Numbered from the stretch's first letter, positions 36,356 to 45,087 are shown. The stretch: DNA of 64,000 nt from Candidatus Woesearchaeota archaeon (GCA_019323015.1 JAHWHY010000004.1:10907-74906); one strand, 5' to 3'. Made by a program: numbers and translations. The notes: generated by a model not told the origin, from the letters alone.

Positions 36356-37098
36356 AGATAAAATGATATTGCCGTGAAAATTATCACTGGAATCAGGATA
36401 GACAACAATATCTTAGGCGTTGCTCCCCTAAGCAATACTTCTGCTGGATAAAAAGAGCTAACAGCCAATGGGAAAAAGAATGTCAAGGCAAACTGGATAC
36501 CCAGAGCATAGACATTCAAAGGATACCTCACAAAATCAGATATCTTGAAATACAGATTCATCAAAGCCTCTGACCTTACAACAAGGAATGCAGAAGCACT
36601 TATGAAAACCATCACAGCAACCTGTATCAATAATCCTGCAAGTACCAAAATGATGTACCAGAAGAAATCAAATGAGAACACAGATAATCCCAGCTTAATC
36701 ATTGTGTAAGACACAAGACAGATTCCTACAGCCACTTCTGGCAAACCATCTATGATAAAAGACTCTGCAAGAATATATAGCATTGTATTGTATGGCTTAA
36801 CAAGATACTTGTCAAACTCTCCCTCTCTTATGCAATGAATCACTTCATAAGGAAAATGCATGACAAAAGTGTGTCCCAAGCCAAATACAAGGATTAAGGT
36901 GCCCTGAAACAGCAAAAACTCATTCAAAGACCATCCAGGAATGCCCAAAGTAGTAGAATAAATCACTAAAGTAAGCAAAGGACCCACAAAATCAGCAAGC
37001 ACCATAGCAAAAGCCTTTATGTAAAAGTTTGTCTTGTAAGCCATTTCTCCAGCCAAAGACATTCCCACTGTTTTTTTCTCAATTCTTAGGAATTTCAT
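36313..37098 (-). CDS. ABC-2 family transporter permease
   Basis: Six predicted TM helices. Overlaps the neighbouring permease by 4 nt, in the layout typical of ABC-2 permease pairs. Confidence 0.65.
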   Translation of the reverse strand: MKFLRIEKKTVGMSLAGEMAYKTNFYIKAFAMVLADFVGPLLTLVIYSTTLGIPGWSLNEFLLFQGTLILVFGLGHTFVMHFPYEVIHCIREGEFDKYLVKPYNTMLYILAESFIIDGLPEVAVGICLVSYTMIKLGLSVFSFDFFWYIILVLAGLLIQVAVMVFISASAFLVVRSEALMNLYFKISDFVRYPLNVYALGIQFALTFFFPLAVSSFYPAEVLLRGATPKILLSILIPVIIFTAISFYLWNLAMKKYTSAGG

Positions 37099-37901
37099 AC
37101 GCCTGCACCTGCAAACTGCTTAAATGCTCTCTTGTAAATCATCTGGCTAAGGAAATAAAGCAAAACAATCCAGACTAACTGCAAACCAACCTGTTCTAAA
37201 ACACCAAATTTCGTGAATTCCCCTAAATAAATCTGAATAGGAACATACCTAACATACTGAAACGGCAAAAAGTTAGATGCATACTGCATCCAGACAGGGA
37301 AAAAACTCAAAGGAATCATTCCCCCGCTAAGGAACAAAAGCAATGTTCTCCTGACTCTTCGTAATCCTTCAATCTTTTTCAGCCAAAACGCACTCAAGCC
37401 GACATTAAAACTGATAAAAAACGCCAGCAAGAACGCAAGCATAACTGAAACAAGGAACATGACAAAGTTGAAAGCAGAAGCTACTGTTAAGCCAAAGAAA
37501 AAAAAGCCAATAAAAAACACAGGAATCATCTGCAAGACAATACCCAATGAATTAATCCCTATCTCAAACGCCAGATGCTGCCACATAAACCTCATTGGAT
37601 AAGTAAACATAGTAATTATGTGGCCCCTTCTCACATCCTGTGAAATCCACTTGTCAACATCACACCAGACAAAAAATCCAACAATCATGCTCAAGACATA
37701 ATACTGGATTAAAGCAGGAAAATCAAATCCTCTGATTATCTCTTGTCCTGTGTAAGCATAGATAGCCTGCCAAAGAAAATAATAAATTATCAAAGACAAT
37801 GGAACAGTTATCAAAGTAATGATAAAGTGAAACCTATACTTAATTCCAACCTGTAATCCTACCTTGGCCTGCGCCATATACGCCTTTATTGTTGATATCA
37901 T
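37095..37901 (-). CDS. ABC-2 family transporter permease
   Basis: Polytopic membrane protein, translationally coupled (4-nt overlaps) to both the ATPase and the second permease. Confidence 0.65.
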   Translation of the reverse strand: MISTIKAYMAQAKVGLQVGIKYRFHFIITLITVPLSLIIYYFLWQAIYAYTGQEIIRGFDFPALIQYYVLSMIVGFFVWCDVDKWISQDVRRGHIITMFTYPMRFMWQHLAFEIGINSLGIVLQMIPVFFIGFFFFGLTVASAFNFVMFLVSVMLAFLLAFFISFNVGLSAFWLKKIEGLRRVRRTLLLFLSGGMIPLSFFPVWMQYASNFLPFQYVRYVPIQIYLGEFTKFGVLEQVGLQLVWIVLLYFLSQMIYKRAFKQFAGAGV

Positions 37902-38884
37902 TTCTTCTTTTCCTTGTAGATTTTTTGAATTATCTCTTCAATAGGAGGATCCTGGACAATAATGTCAGCAACATCAAACTCAGTAATCAAATGATTAACA
38001 ACATTCTTGACTTTCTGCTTTTTTGTGTCAAGTTCTAATTTAAGCTCGTAGTCACTTTGTTCCATTACCTTGCATCCCTTGAACCTGAACTTCTTATCCA
38101 GCTTGTTAAACTTAACATCCAGATGCTTGTGTGTAAGATAATCCTTCTTTATCTTTGCAATAGGCCCGTCATACACTATGATTCCATTGTTGATAATGAT
38201 GATTCTCTGGCACAATCTCTCTATATCACCCATATCATGAGTTGTGACAATGAAAGTTGTCTTGAATCTCTTATTGACATCTAGGATAAAGTCTCTTAGC
38301 GTGTCTTTTGCAACTACATCCAGGCCAATTGAAGGCTCATCAAGAAAGACCAGCTTAGGATTATGCAGCAAAGCTGCAATAATTTTGCACTTCATCCTTT
38401 CTCCCAGAGATAAATCTCTAACAGGAGTCTGGACAATCTCTTCAACATCCAAGAGCTTAATCATGTACTTTAATCGCTTCTCAAACTCTTTCCTAGGAAT
38501 GTCGTAAACTTCCTTGTTGAGCCAATAAGTGTCCAAAGGAGGAAGATCCCAGTGCAGCTGAGGCTTCTGCCCAAAAACAACACCAATATTAGCCACATAC
38601 TTAACTCGATCTCTCCAAGGAGTGTAACCCAGCACATTCACAACACCTGAACTAGGATACAAGACACCTGAAAGCGCCTTTATTGTTGTAGACTTGCCAG
38701 CACCATTAGGGCCGATGAAGCCAACAATCTCTCCTTCCTCAATGTCAAAGCTAACGCCTTTCAAGGCATGCTTTATCTTATACTGTCTTTTGACGAGAGA
38801 TTTGACTGCATTGAGCAGGCCGTGCTCTCGTTTATGGGTCTTGAATGTTTTTTTCAAGTCTTTTACATGAATTGCATTTGTCAT
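37898..38884 (-). CDS. ABC transporter ATP-binding protein
   Basis: Walker A GPNGAGKST, signature LSLGERMK, Walker B VFLDEPSIGLD. Start taken at MTNAIHVKDL (38884). Confidence 0.9.
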   Translation of the reverse strand: MTNAIHVKDLKKTFKTHKREHGLLNAVKSLVKRQYKIKHALKGVSFDIEEGEIVGFIGPNGAGKSTTIKALSGVLYPSSGVVNVLGYTPWRDRVKYVANIGVVFGQKPQLHWDLPPLDTYWLNKEVYDIPRKEFEKRLKYMIKLLDVEEIVQTPVRDLSLGERMKCKIIAALLHNPKLVFLDEPSIGLDVVAKDTLRDFILDVNKRFKTTFIVTTHDMGDIERLCQRIIIINNGIIVYDGPIAKIKKDYLTHKHLDVKFNKLDKKFRFKGCKVMEQSDYELKLELDTKKQKVKNVVNHLITEFDVADIIVQDPPIEEIIQKIYKEKKK

Positions 38885-39177
38885 AGTGTTCACCTTTTGT
38901 AACAGGATTTTGTAAGTGTTATATACGCCTGTGTGGTCAGGCAAGCGCGGTTTGAAATCAAAAAAAGAACTCTAACAAAATGATGCCAATGTTAATTTAT
39001 GCTTGGATTCATCATAGTTCATCACTTTATGCAAGAAAACTCTCATGATATTTATAGTTTTTGTTTTTAAATGAAAAAAAAGTTTATACTTGTTTACACT
39101 TCTGAATTATAGAGAATTAAAGAGTCAGTACAAAGAAGTAAAAAATAAGAAAAAAATCAGCTGAAGAAAGAGGTTCT

Positions 39178-39603
39178 TCAGCTTTTCTTGCTGTAATCAG
39201 GAATTACTAAGGTGCCTTCTTCTATGCCCTTGATTATTTCCTGCATGCTCTTGAGTGCAGATTCCGCATTTTGCTCGGTTTTGTCTGTTTTTCTAGATGC
39301 GTAATTGATTTGCCATCTTGGATTATTCCTACAGTGGCAGCTAGTGCCATTGTTGTGATGCCTGACTGAATCATTGTACAGGTCTATAAACCAAGGCAGA
39401 AGGCAGTCCATTGCTTCTGCTCCGAATGAATCAAAAGCACCGCCTCCCTGGTCTGCATGCAGCGGCAATCTGGCTATCTCAAGCCGGCTCGGATTCCTAT
39501 TGCCAAGAATAGCGTACCAGCCATTATTCTCATGCACGAATTTTCTGACAGACTTCTTGTTCAACCATTCTTTTTCGTCTATCTCTTCTAGTTTTTCTGT
39601 CAT
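39178..39603 (-). CDS. Orphan small protein (141 aa), operon A gene 4
   Basis: SD GGAGGT lies 7 nt upstream, embedded in the last codons of the preceding gene. No recognisable family. Confidence 0.6.
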   Translation of the reverse strand: MTEKLEEIDEKEWLNKKSVRKFVHENNGWYAILGNRNPSRLEIARLPLHADQGGGAFDSFGAEAMDCLLPWFIDLYNDSVRHHNNGTSCHCRNNPRWQINYASRKTDKTEQNAESALKSMQEIIKGIEEGTLVIPDYSKKS

Positions 39604-39608
39604 TTTTG

Positions 39609-40184
39609 TTACCTCCGTATATTGTTTATTTTCTTGAACTCTTTGAGATTATGCAGAGCTAAATCATAGTCATCTGCACTTCCCTTGATTATATTCATAA
39701 TGCATTCTTCGTTTGCATCGCTTAACCAGGCAGCAACTTTTTCTTCTGCCGGAAGATGATCTGGAAATCTAACTTGCCTGGCAAGATCTGCAAATTCATC
39801 TGCGATTTCATATCTTTGATCTCTTGTATTCTTGTGGTGCGAAAAATCAATCACACAAATTTTTCGTTTGCTAATAAGCCCATATAATGTTTTGATATCA
39901 TTAACAGCCAATTCATACTCAAAAGTTGAGGGCATTCTAGTATCACGAAAATGAAACATCGTGCACCTCGCAGTATGAGGAATCATCAATTCTTGACCAG
40001 TACGATCAAAACCACAATCAGAAAGATACTGAATAGAATCTAGATTATCAAGAGCAAAAATAGTTGCAACACAATTATGCCTGGTTATGTTTCTTGCTTT
40101 TGTCCAGTCTGAGATTCTTGGATCTTCTACCATTCTCCACAGTTCCGTAATAGTAACCATATTCACTATGTGTTGCTCTGCCAT
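39609..40184 (-). CDS. Orphan protein (191 aa), operon A gene 3
   Basis: Start at MAEQHIV (40184), preceded by the GGAGGTAAATAAA cassette. No recognisable family. Confidence 0.6.
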   Translation of the reverse strand: MAEQHIVNMVTITELWRMVEDPRISDWTKARNITRHNCVATIFALDNLDSIQYLSDCGFDRTGQELMIPHTARCTMFHFRDTRMPSTFEYELAVNDIKTLYGLISKRKICVIDFSHHKNTRDQRYEIADEFADLARQVRFPDHLPAEEKVAAWLSDANEECIMNIIKGSADDYDLALHNLKEFKKINNIRR

Positions 40185-40185
40185 T

Positions 40186-40503
40186 TTATTTACCTCCTTC
40201 CAGTTCTTTCTCGCACTTCTTGTCAAAGGCTATTGCCTCATCCAAAGCCTTGAAAGTAGGCTCAAGCTGATCATGAAACTTTTGATGATCTTCTGCCACG
40301 TCTTTCAATGCATCCAAGTGCGTAAACCAAGTTTGGTCTTTATCCTGCGGTGCAGCAGCACTGTATCTATCTGCTGCTTCGATTCTTTGAGCAGGCTGAA
40401 GGCCTTGTTCTATTCCATGTTCTTTCTTTCCACACCCCCAAGCACCTCCAAACAAGGCTGCGCCAGTTGCTGCGTACAATACTATTTTTTGAATTGTTTT
40501 CAT
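40186..40503 (-). CDS. Small secreted / lipoprotein-like protein (105 aa), operon A gene 2
   Basis: Signal peptide MKTIQKIVLYAATGAALFGGAWGC with a Cys after the hydrophobic core, followed by a helical acidic body. Ends ...EGGK. Confidence 0.55.
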   Translation of the reverse strand: MKTIQKIVLYAATGAALFGGAWGCGKKEHGIEQGLQPAQRIEAADRYSAAAPQDKDQTWFTHLDALKDVAEDHQKFHDQLEPTFKALDEAIAFDKKCEKELEGGK

Positions 40504-40522
40504 TCTCTGTTACCTCCTGCAT

Positions 40523-40966
40523 TTAAGGATGCAAGCCCTTTATGATTCCACTAATGACTGCTAAGACTAATCCTATGAGCATGATTATCACAGGCACCTT
40601 TGCAGGAATCTTGATTTGCATGACTATCAAGCCAATCAAGACTACAGCAATGCCTCCAAATATCTGCAGCATCTTTATATCGAAAAAACCAATTAATTTT
40701 GGTCCCAGGCCTGCAGCTGCAATTAATGCAGATGTTGCAAGCAAACCAGCGATTAAAGCTGCAGCTATCCGCTCCAGAACAGGCCCGTCAAAAAACAGTG
40801 CAATACTGATTGCTCCAGGCCCTGCAAGCAGGCCAAATGCAACCAAAAGCAATGAAGCCCATTCTAGCTTGAATATGCCAGCAACAGCAAGCAATGCCGC
40901 ATGGCCGTTAAAAGCAGCCATTGATACCATAGGCGCAAGCCTAGTCACATTTTCTGTTATAGTCAT
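40523..40966 (-). CDS. Small polytopic membrane protein (~147 aa), operon A gene 1
   Basis: Four to five Gly/Ala/Leu-rich TM helices. ATG at 40966 with SD GGTGGGTGA; the track start at 40975 is GTG. Confidence 0.55.
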   Translation of the reverse strand: MTITENVTRLAPMVSMAAFNGHAALLAVAGIFKLEWASLLLVAFGLLAGPGAISIALFFDGPVLERIAAALIAGLLATSALIAAAGLGPKLIGFFDIKMLQIFGGIAVVLIGLIVMQIKIPAKVPVIIMLIGLVLAVISGIIKGLHP

Positions 40967-41006
40967 CTTAATCACCCACCCTATCCTTTAGAAAAGGATA
41001 GAACCC

Positions 41007-41030
41007 AAAAAGTGCAGCACAAGGCTGCAC
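41007..41030 (-). terminator. Hairpin plus U5 terminator-like element downstream of tRNA-Tyr
   Basis: On the minus strand: GTGCAGC-CTTGT-GCTGCAC followed by TTTTT. Confidence 0.4.
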
Positions 41031-41092
41031 GCGCGAAATTACATACTGGGTATGTATTCGCGTTCACTAAATTGGGATGTTTGCTATTAAAG

Positions 41093-41163
41093 TCCCTGCT
41101 CTCAGAGTCGAACTGAGATGCGCGGGGTTACAGCCCACTGCTTTACCGTTAAGCTAAACAGGG
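41093..41163 (-). tRNA. tRNA-Tyr(GUA), intron-less
   Basis: Hand fold: C1-G72 pair (an archaeal/eukaryal Tyr identity feature), anticodon stem GTGGG/CCCGC, loop CTGTAAC, T arm CTCAG-TTCGACT-CTGAG, discriminator A. Confidence 0.85.
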
Positions 41164-41202
41164 TTTTGAAACACAATAGTATTCACACGCTTATATAATT
41201 GA

Positions 41203-41258
41203 TTGAATATTATTCAAAAAATAAGCAATAAATTTATAAATAATTGAATATTATTCAA
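41203..41258. promoter_or_regulatory. Two identical 15-bp palindromes TTGAATATTATTCAA (41203-41217, 41244-41258) bracketing the TATA box of the Lrp/AsnC gene; candidate autoregulatory operators
   Basis: Exact repeats with 41-bp centre-to-centre spacing. TATA-like AAATTTATAAATAA lies between them, and the second box ends 4 nt before the ATG. Confidence 0.6.
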
Positions 41259-41262
41259 AAAT

Positions 41263-41712
41263 ATGAAAGATATTCGCAAGAAACTAATCAAATTATTCAA
41301 GACAGGCTACTGCACGCCGCAGATAGCCAGGATAGCAAAGAAGATACAAGAGCCCTCTACCACAATACATTACAATATCAAGAAACTAGAGAAAGAAGGG
41401 GTAATAAAAGCATACAAAGCAGTGTTTGACTACAAGAAAATAGACCAAGGATACTGCGTGTTTGTTTTAATTAGCTTGACACCAGATGAGTACGGCAACC
41501 CAGAAAGAATAGCAAAAGCACTCTCAAAAATCCCTGAAATAGAGAGCGTAGACATATGCACAGGAGACTGGGAAATGGTCCTTAAAATAAGAGTAAAAGA
41601 CATTGACGCATACTATGATCTGCTTAAGAACGTAATCTCCAGAAAAGGAGTGGCAAAAATAAAATCATTAACTACACTAAAACAATTGAAGACAGAGTTT
41701 GTAGAACTATGA
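41263..41712 (+). CDS. Lrp/AsnC family transcriptional regulator
   Basis: N-terminal wHTH (TPQIARIAKKIQEPSTTIHYNIKKLEKEGVI) and a C-terminal RAM-like domain. Confidence 0.85.
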   Translation: MKDIRKKLIKLFKTGYCTPQIARIAKKIQEPSTTIHYNIKKLEKEGVIKAYKAVFDYKKIDQGYCVFVLISLTPDEYGNPERIAKALSKIPEIESVDICTGDWEMVLKIRVKDIDAYYDLLKNVISRKGVAKIKSLTTLKQLKTEFVEL

Positions 41713-42962
41713 GAATATTCCAGAAAGGAGAATGGAAATTATTCTGGCCGTTATATCTAGCATATTTTTTCGGCATAATGATGCCAGACATAGACATACT
41801 GATAATGATATTTTTCTTTGCAAAAGGATTCACAGCAACAGAGATAGGTATAGGCTTTGGCCTTATGTCTCTTTTTGTGATAATTGCAGAGATTCCCACA
41901 GGAGCAGTAGCAGACCTTTTCGGAAAGAGAGTCTCTGTACAGGTGCACTGGCTTATCCATGGAATCACAACAGCAATGTTCTTTTTTGTGACAGCACCAT
42001 GGCAGATGTGGGTATTGTTCAGCATACAAGGAATCTCAGCAACATTCTCCTCAGGAGCAATGGAAGCACTTCCATATGAGATGGCAATACAAGCAAACAG
42101 AAAAGACCTCATAAAAGAATTCTATGGAAAAATACACGCAATAGTAAGGTTTTCACAATCAATCAGTTATTTTCTTACACTAGGATTTCTTTATCTAGTC
42201 GGTTCAACAACATACTATTATTTTTTCGGACCAAGACAAGGATTAGATTTTCTATGGTTCACTGCAGCAGCAGGATTCTTAATTGCATTTTTCATAGTAT
42301 TCAAGATCAAAGAAAAAGTGCATAGAAAAAAATTCAGTTTCAGAGAAAGCATAAAAGACACTTACAAGATGTCTTTAGAAGGAATCAAGTACTCTGGACA
42401 ACATCAGGTAGTAAGAAAATTATTCTTAGCAGGCTTTTTCCTGGTTATAGCAGCACTTTTCTTCTCAGATATAGTATACCAGCCTTTTTTATTAGATCTC
42501 GGCTTTAAAGCAGAAAATATAGCGTTAATAGTAGCAATAGCATCTGTCTTTGGAGGAATATTCTGCCTCATACCTAAATTCATAGAAAAAAGATTCAAGA
42601 CAGAAAAACATTACTTGCAAGCATTCATTATTCTTGATTTAGCATTATTGCTGCTGTTGTTCATATTCGCAGGACCTGTGATAAGCATAATATTCTTCCT
42701 GGTATATTTCAATCTCAAAGACTTAATCTATCCAGTCTGGATGCCATTCAACCAATTATTCTACAAAAAAGAAATAAGAGCAACAATCGGCTCTGTAAGC
42801 GGGGTATTGAACAGCCTAGCAATGGTGATATTCTTTCCAATAGTAGGTATCTGCGTCGACAAGTTCGGAGCTGGCAATACAGTATATTTTGCAGCAATAC
42901 CTTTAATGATAATGTTTGTTATACTAAGCACAATAAAAATGAAAAAAAGAATAGAGCACTAA
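41709..42962 (+). CDS. MFS transporter
   Basis: About 12 TM helices and the GAVADLFGKR motif (MFS loop 2-3). ATGA overlap with the Lrp gene. Confidence 0.8.
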   Translation: MRIFQKGEWKLFWPLYLAYFFGIMMPDIDILIMIFFFAKGFTATEIGIGFGLMSLFVIIAEIPTGAVADLFGKRVSVQVHWLIHGITTAMFFFVTAPWQMWVLFSIQGISATFSSGAMEALPYEMAIQANRKDLIKEFYGKIHAIVRFSQSISYFLTLGFLYLVGSTTYYYFFGPRQGLDFLWFTAAAGFLIAFFIVFKIKEKVHRKKFSFRESIKDTYKMSLEGIKYSGQHQVVRKLFLAGFFLVIAALFFSDIVYQPFLLDLGFKAENIALIVAIASVFGGIFCLIPKFIEKRFKTEKHYLQAFIILDLALLLLLFIFAGPVISIIFFLVYFNLKDLIYPVWMPFNQLFYKKEIRATIGSVSGVLNSLAMVIFFPIVGICVDKFGAGNTVYFAAIPLMIMFVILSTIKMKKRIEH

Positions 42963-43846
42963 AAAAGATCAGTGCTCAGATATCTGTCTCCTCTGTCAGG
43001 AAAGATCACAACAATATTCCCTGAATCCATTGTTCTTGCTTTTTCAAGAGCTGCGTATAATGCTGCACCAGAGCTCATACCTACGAACAATCCTTCTTCT
43101 CTAGCTAATCTTCTGGTCATTTCAAAAGCATCTTTGTCTTCTACTGTTATGCAAGTGTCTATCTTATCTGGATCATATATCTCAGGAACAATTGCTTCTT
43201 TCATGTTCTTCAATCCTTGGATGTTATGACCTAAAGTAGGCTCTGCAGCGATAACCTCGATATCTCTCCATTTCTTCAAGAAAGAACTGATGCCCATCAA
43301 TGTGCCGCTAGTTCCAATAGAAGCGACAAAGACATCAACATCAGGCATCTGGTTAAAGACCTCCTTAGCAGTATTCTCATAATGAGCAAGAACATTATAC
43401 TTATTCTTGAACTGATCAGGCATGAAATACTTCTCAGGATTATCTTTAGCTAATTGTTCTGCCTTTCTTATCGCACCATCAGTTCCTTCTTTTGCAGGGG
43501 TTAAGACAACTTCTGCGCCGTATGCATTCATTATCTTTCTTCTTTCAATGCTGACATTCTCTGACATCACTATCTTTACTTTGTATCCTTTAATTGCAGC
43601 AATCATAGCAATACCAATGCCAGTATTACCAGAAGTAGCCTCGATAATTGTCTTATCTTTTGTTAACTCCTTGTTTTTTTCAGCCTGCTCAATCATCTTA
43701 AGAGCAATCCTGTCCTTGATGCTTCCAGAAGGATTCAGTCCTTCAACTTTAGCATAGATATTCACCTTCTTGTAAGGGTTCAACCTATTTATTTTCACCA
43801 ATGGCGTGTTTCCAATCAATTCAAGTGCGTTTGCACCGATACTCAC
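42959..43846 (-). CDS. cysK: Cysteine synthase / O-acetylserine sulfhydrylase family (PLP-dependent)
   Basis: LIGNTPLV, the PLP-lysine motif NPSGSIKDR, and SIGTSGTLMG. GTG start according to the track. Confidence 0.85.
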   Translation of the reverse strand: MSIGANALELIGNTPLVKINRLNPYKKVNIYAKVEGLNPSGSIKDRIALKMIEQAEKNKELTKDKTIIEATSGNTGIGIAMIAAIKGYKVKIVMSENVSIERRKIMNAYGAEVVLTPAKEGTDGAIRKAEQLAKDNPEKYFMPDQFKNKYNVLAHYENTAKEVFNQMPDVDVFVASIGTSGTLMGISSFLKKWRDIEVIAAEPTLGHNIQGLKNMKEAIVPEIYDPDKIDTCITVEDKDAFEMTRRLAREEGLFVGMSSGAALYAALEKARTMDSGNIVVIFPDRGDRYLSTDLF

Positions 43847-44092
43847 CTTGTTTCATTTTATTATCCTCCACGCTTAAAGCCCGTATGGCTAATTTTAGAA
43901 ATTAAAAGTGTTAAAACAATGAAGCTATAACTAACAACAACAAGAATGAGCATTTAATGTCAGTTTGCTTCTCATACTGTCTAGTAATGCGTCTTTGTTT
44001 ATAAGGTTTTTGTTTAAAGATATAAAGAAAGAAAAAAATCAAAAATTGCAAGGTCCTCTGAACTTGGGAAAAATAGGGGTAGAATCAGGGCT

Positions 44093-44380
44093 TTAAACCT
44101 TTTTTGTCCCTTCATATTTCTTGATCAGTTCTAGCACATCTTCTTCCTTTGCTTTGTAGATTGGTTGATGTTCCCACCAAGGCGGCAGACCAAAAATGTA
44201 TTCTACTTTATCTCCTGGCTTTAGCCCTTTTTTGACTGTTCCTACCATACTTTCTACAAAGTCTTCAAGGCCTGTAGTTGTTCCTCCTGCATCTTGACCA
44301 CCAATGCTTGCAGGTTCGCCTTCAATTCCAGCACGCCAAGCACCGCGGTCAAGCATCACATATATCTCGTACTCTGTCAT
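44093..44380 (-). CDS. Orphan small protein (95 aa), operon B gene 3; weak resemblance to the HicB/UPF0150-like fold
   Basis: Start MTEYEIY is preceded by GGAGGTAAATAAA. The EIYVMLDRGAWRAGIEGEP...GTTTGLEDFVESM pattern resembles HicB-like N-terminal domains (low confidence). Confidence 0.55.
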   Translation of the reverse strand: MTEYEIYVMLDRGAWRAGIEGEPASIGGQDAGGTTTGLEDFVESMVGTVKKGLKPGDKVEYIFGLPPWWEHQPIYKAKEEDVLELIKKYEGTKKV

Positions 44381-44381
44381 T

Positions 44382-44741
44382 TTATTTACCTCCATAGATT
44401 GATTCTAGTGCTCCTTTGAATCTCTGGACTGCATGATCCTTATCAGTTATCTTTTCACGAGTTACTCCTTGTTTGTCTGTCTCGTAAAACTGAAATACTC
44501 CTATATCTGGATCATAACTTAATGCAATCATGTACGTGTGCCTTTCAGCGTCATACATCACGCTCCAAGTGTCTCTAGTTTCATCGATGAGCCTCCACAT
44601 TCCCCATTCTTGTCGCTTAACTCCTTGTTTTTCGAGATCTTGAATTAAAGGCTCCAATTCCTCCATTTCCCGTTCTGTATCAAACAAAGTCTGCCATTTA
44701 GGGGACCATGCTGTTTTTTTCTCTAATGTTGTTTCTGTCAT
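44382..44741 (-). CDS. Orphan small protein (119 aa), operon B gene 2
   Basis: Start MTETTLEKK is preceded by GAAGGTAAGTAAA. Ends ...YGGK. W-rich, no family recognised. Confidence 0.55.
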   Translation of the reverse strand: MTETTLEKKTAWSPKWQTLFDTEREMEELEPLIQDLEKQGVKRQEWGMWRLIDETRDTWSVMYDAERHTYMIALSYDPDIGVFQFYETDKQGVTREKITDKDHAVQRFKGALESIYGGK

Positions 44742-44742
44742 T

Positions 44743-45087
44743 TTACTTACCTTCACTGTGTTTTGCATCAGGAAAATGCTCTTTTATCCTGCTGAGCAAT
44801 TCTTCAGGAAATAGAGAGCCTTCTCGTATGTCAAAATACAATTCAATCAAAACACCAGGATGTGTCTTTTCTAGGGCCCTTTTATCTCCTTCCAGCTCTG
44901 CAGCCATTACTCTAACAGCGCTATCCAAGTCACTGTCTGGAATATCTGTGCACAGCACTGCTCCTAGTCTTCTGGCTGTCGAAGACCAATCAAAGGTCTG
45001 CCACCGAAGCATTGGGGGCCTTTCTGCCTCTTCAGTTACATCCACTCTCACTGCGTACTGGCATTTGTCTACATATTTTTCTTCCAT
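44743..45087 (-). CDS. Orphan small protein (114 aa), operon B gene 1
   Basis: SD AGAGGT lies 7 nt upstream. Ends ...SEGK. No family recognised. Confidence 0.55.
   Translation of the reverse strand: MEEKYVDKCQYAVRVDVTEEAERPPMLRWQTFDWSSTARRLGAVLCTDIPDSDLDSAVRVMAAELEGDKRALEKTHPGVLIELYFDIREGSLFPEELLSRIKEHFPDAKHSEGK

Noticed and set aside
38945-41163. tRNA-Tyr-targeted integrated element comprising orphan operon A.
   Set aside because: No direct repeat of the tRNA-Tyr 3' end could be found at the distal side (38.9-39.2 kb; the best match is only AGAGTC), and no integrase is present. The block is kept as an orphan operon, not called a mobile element.
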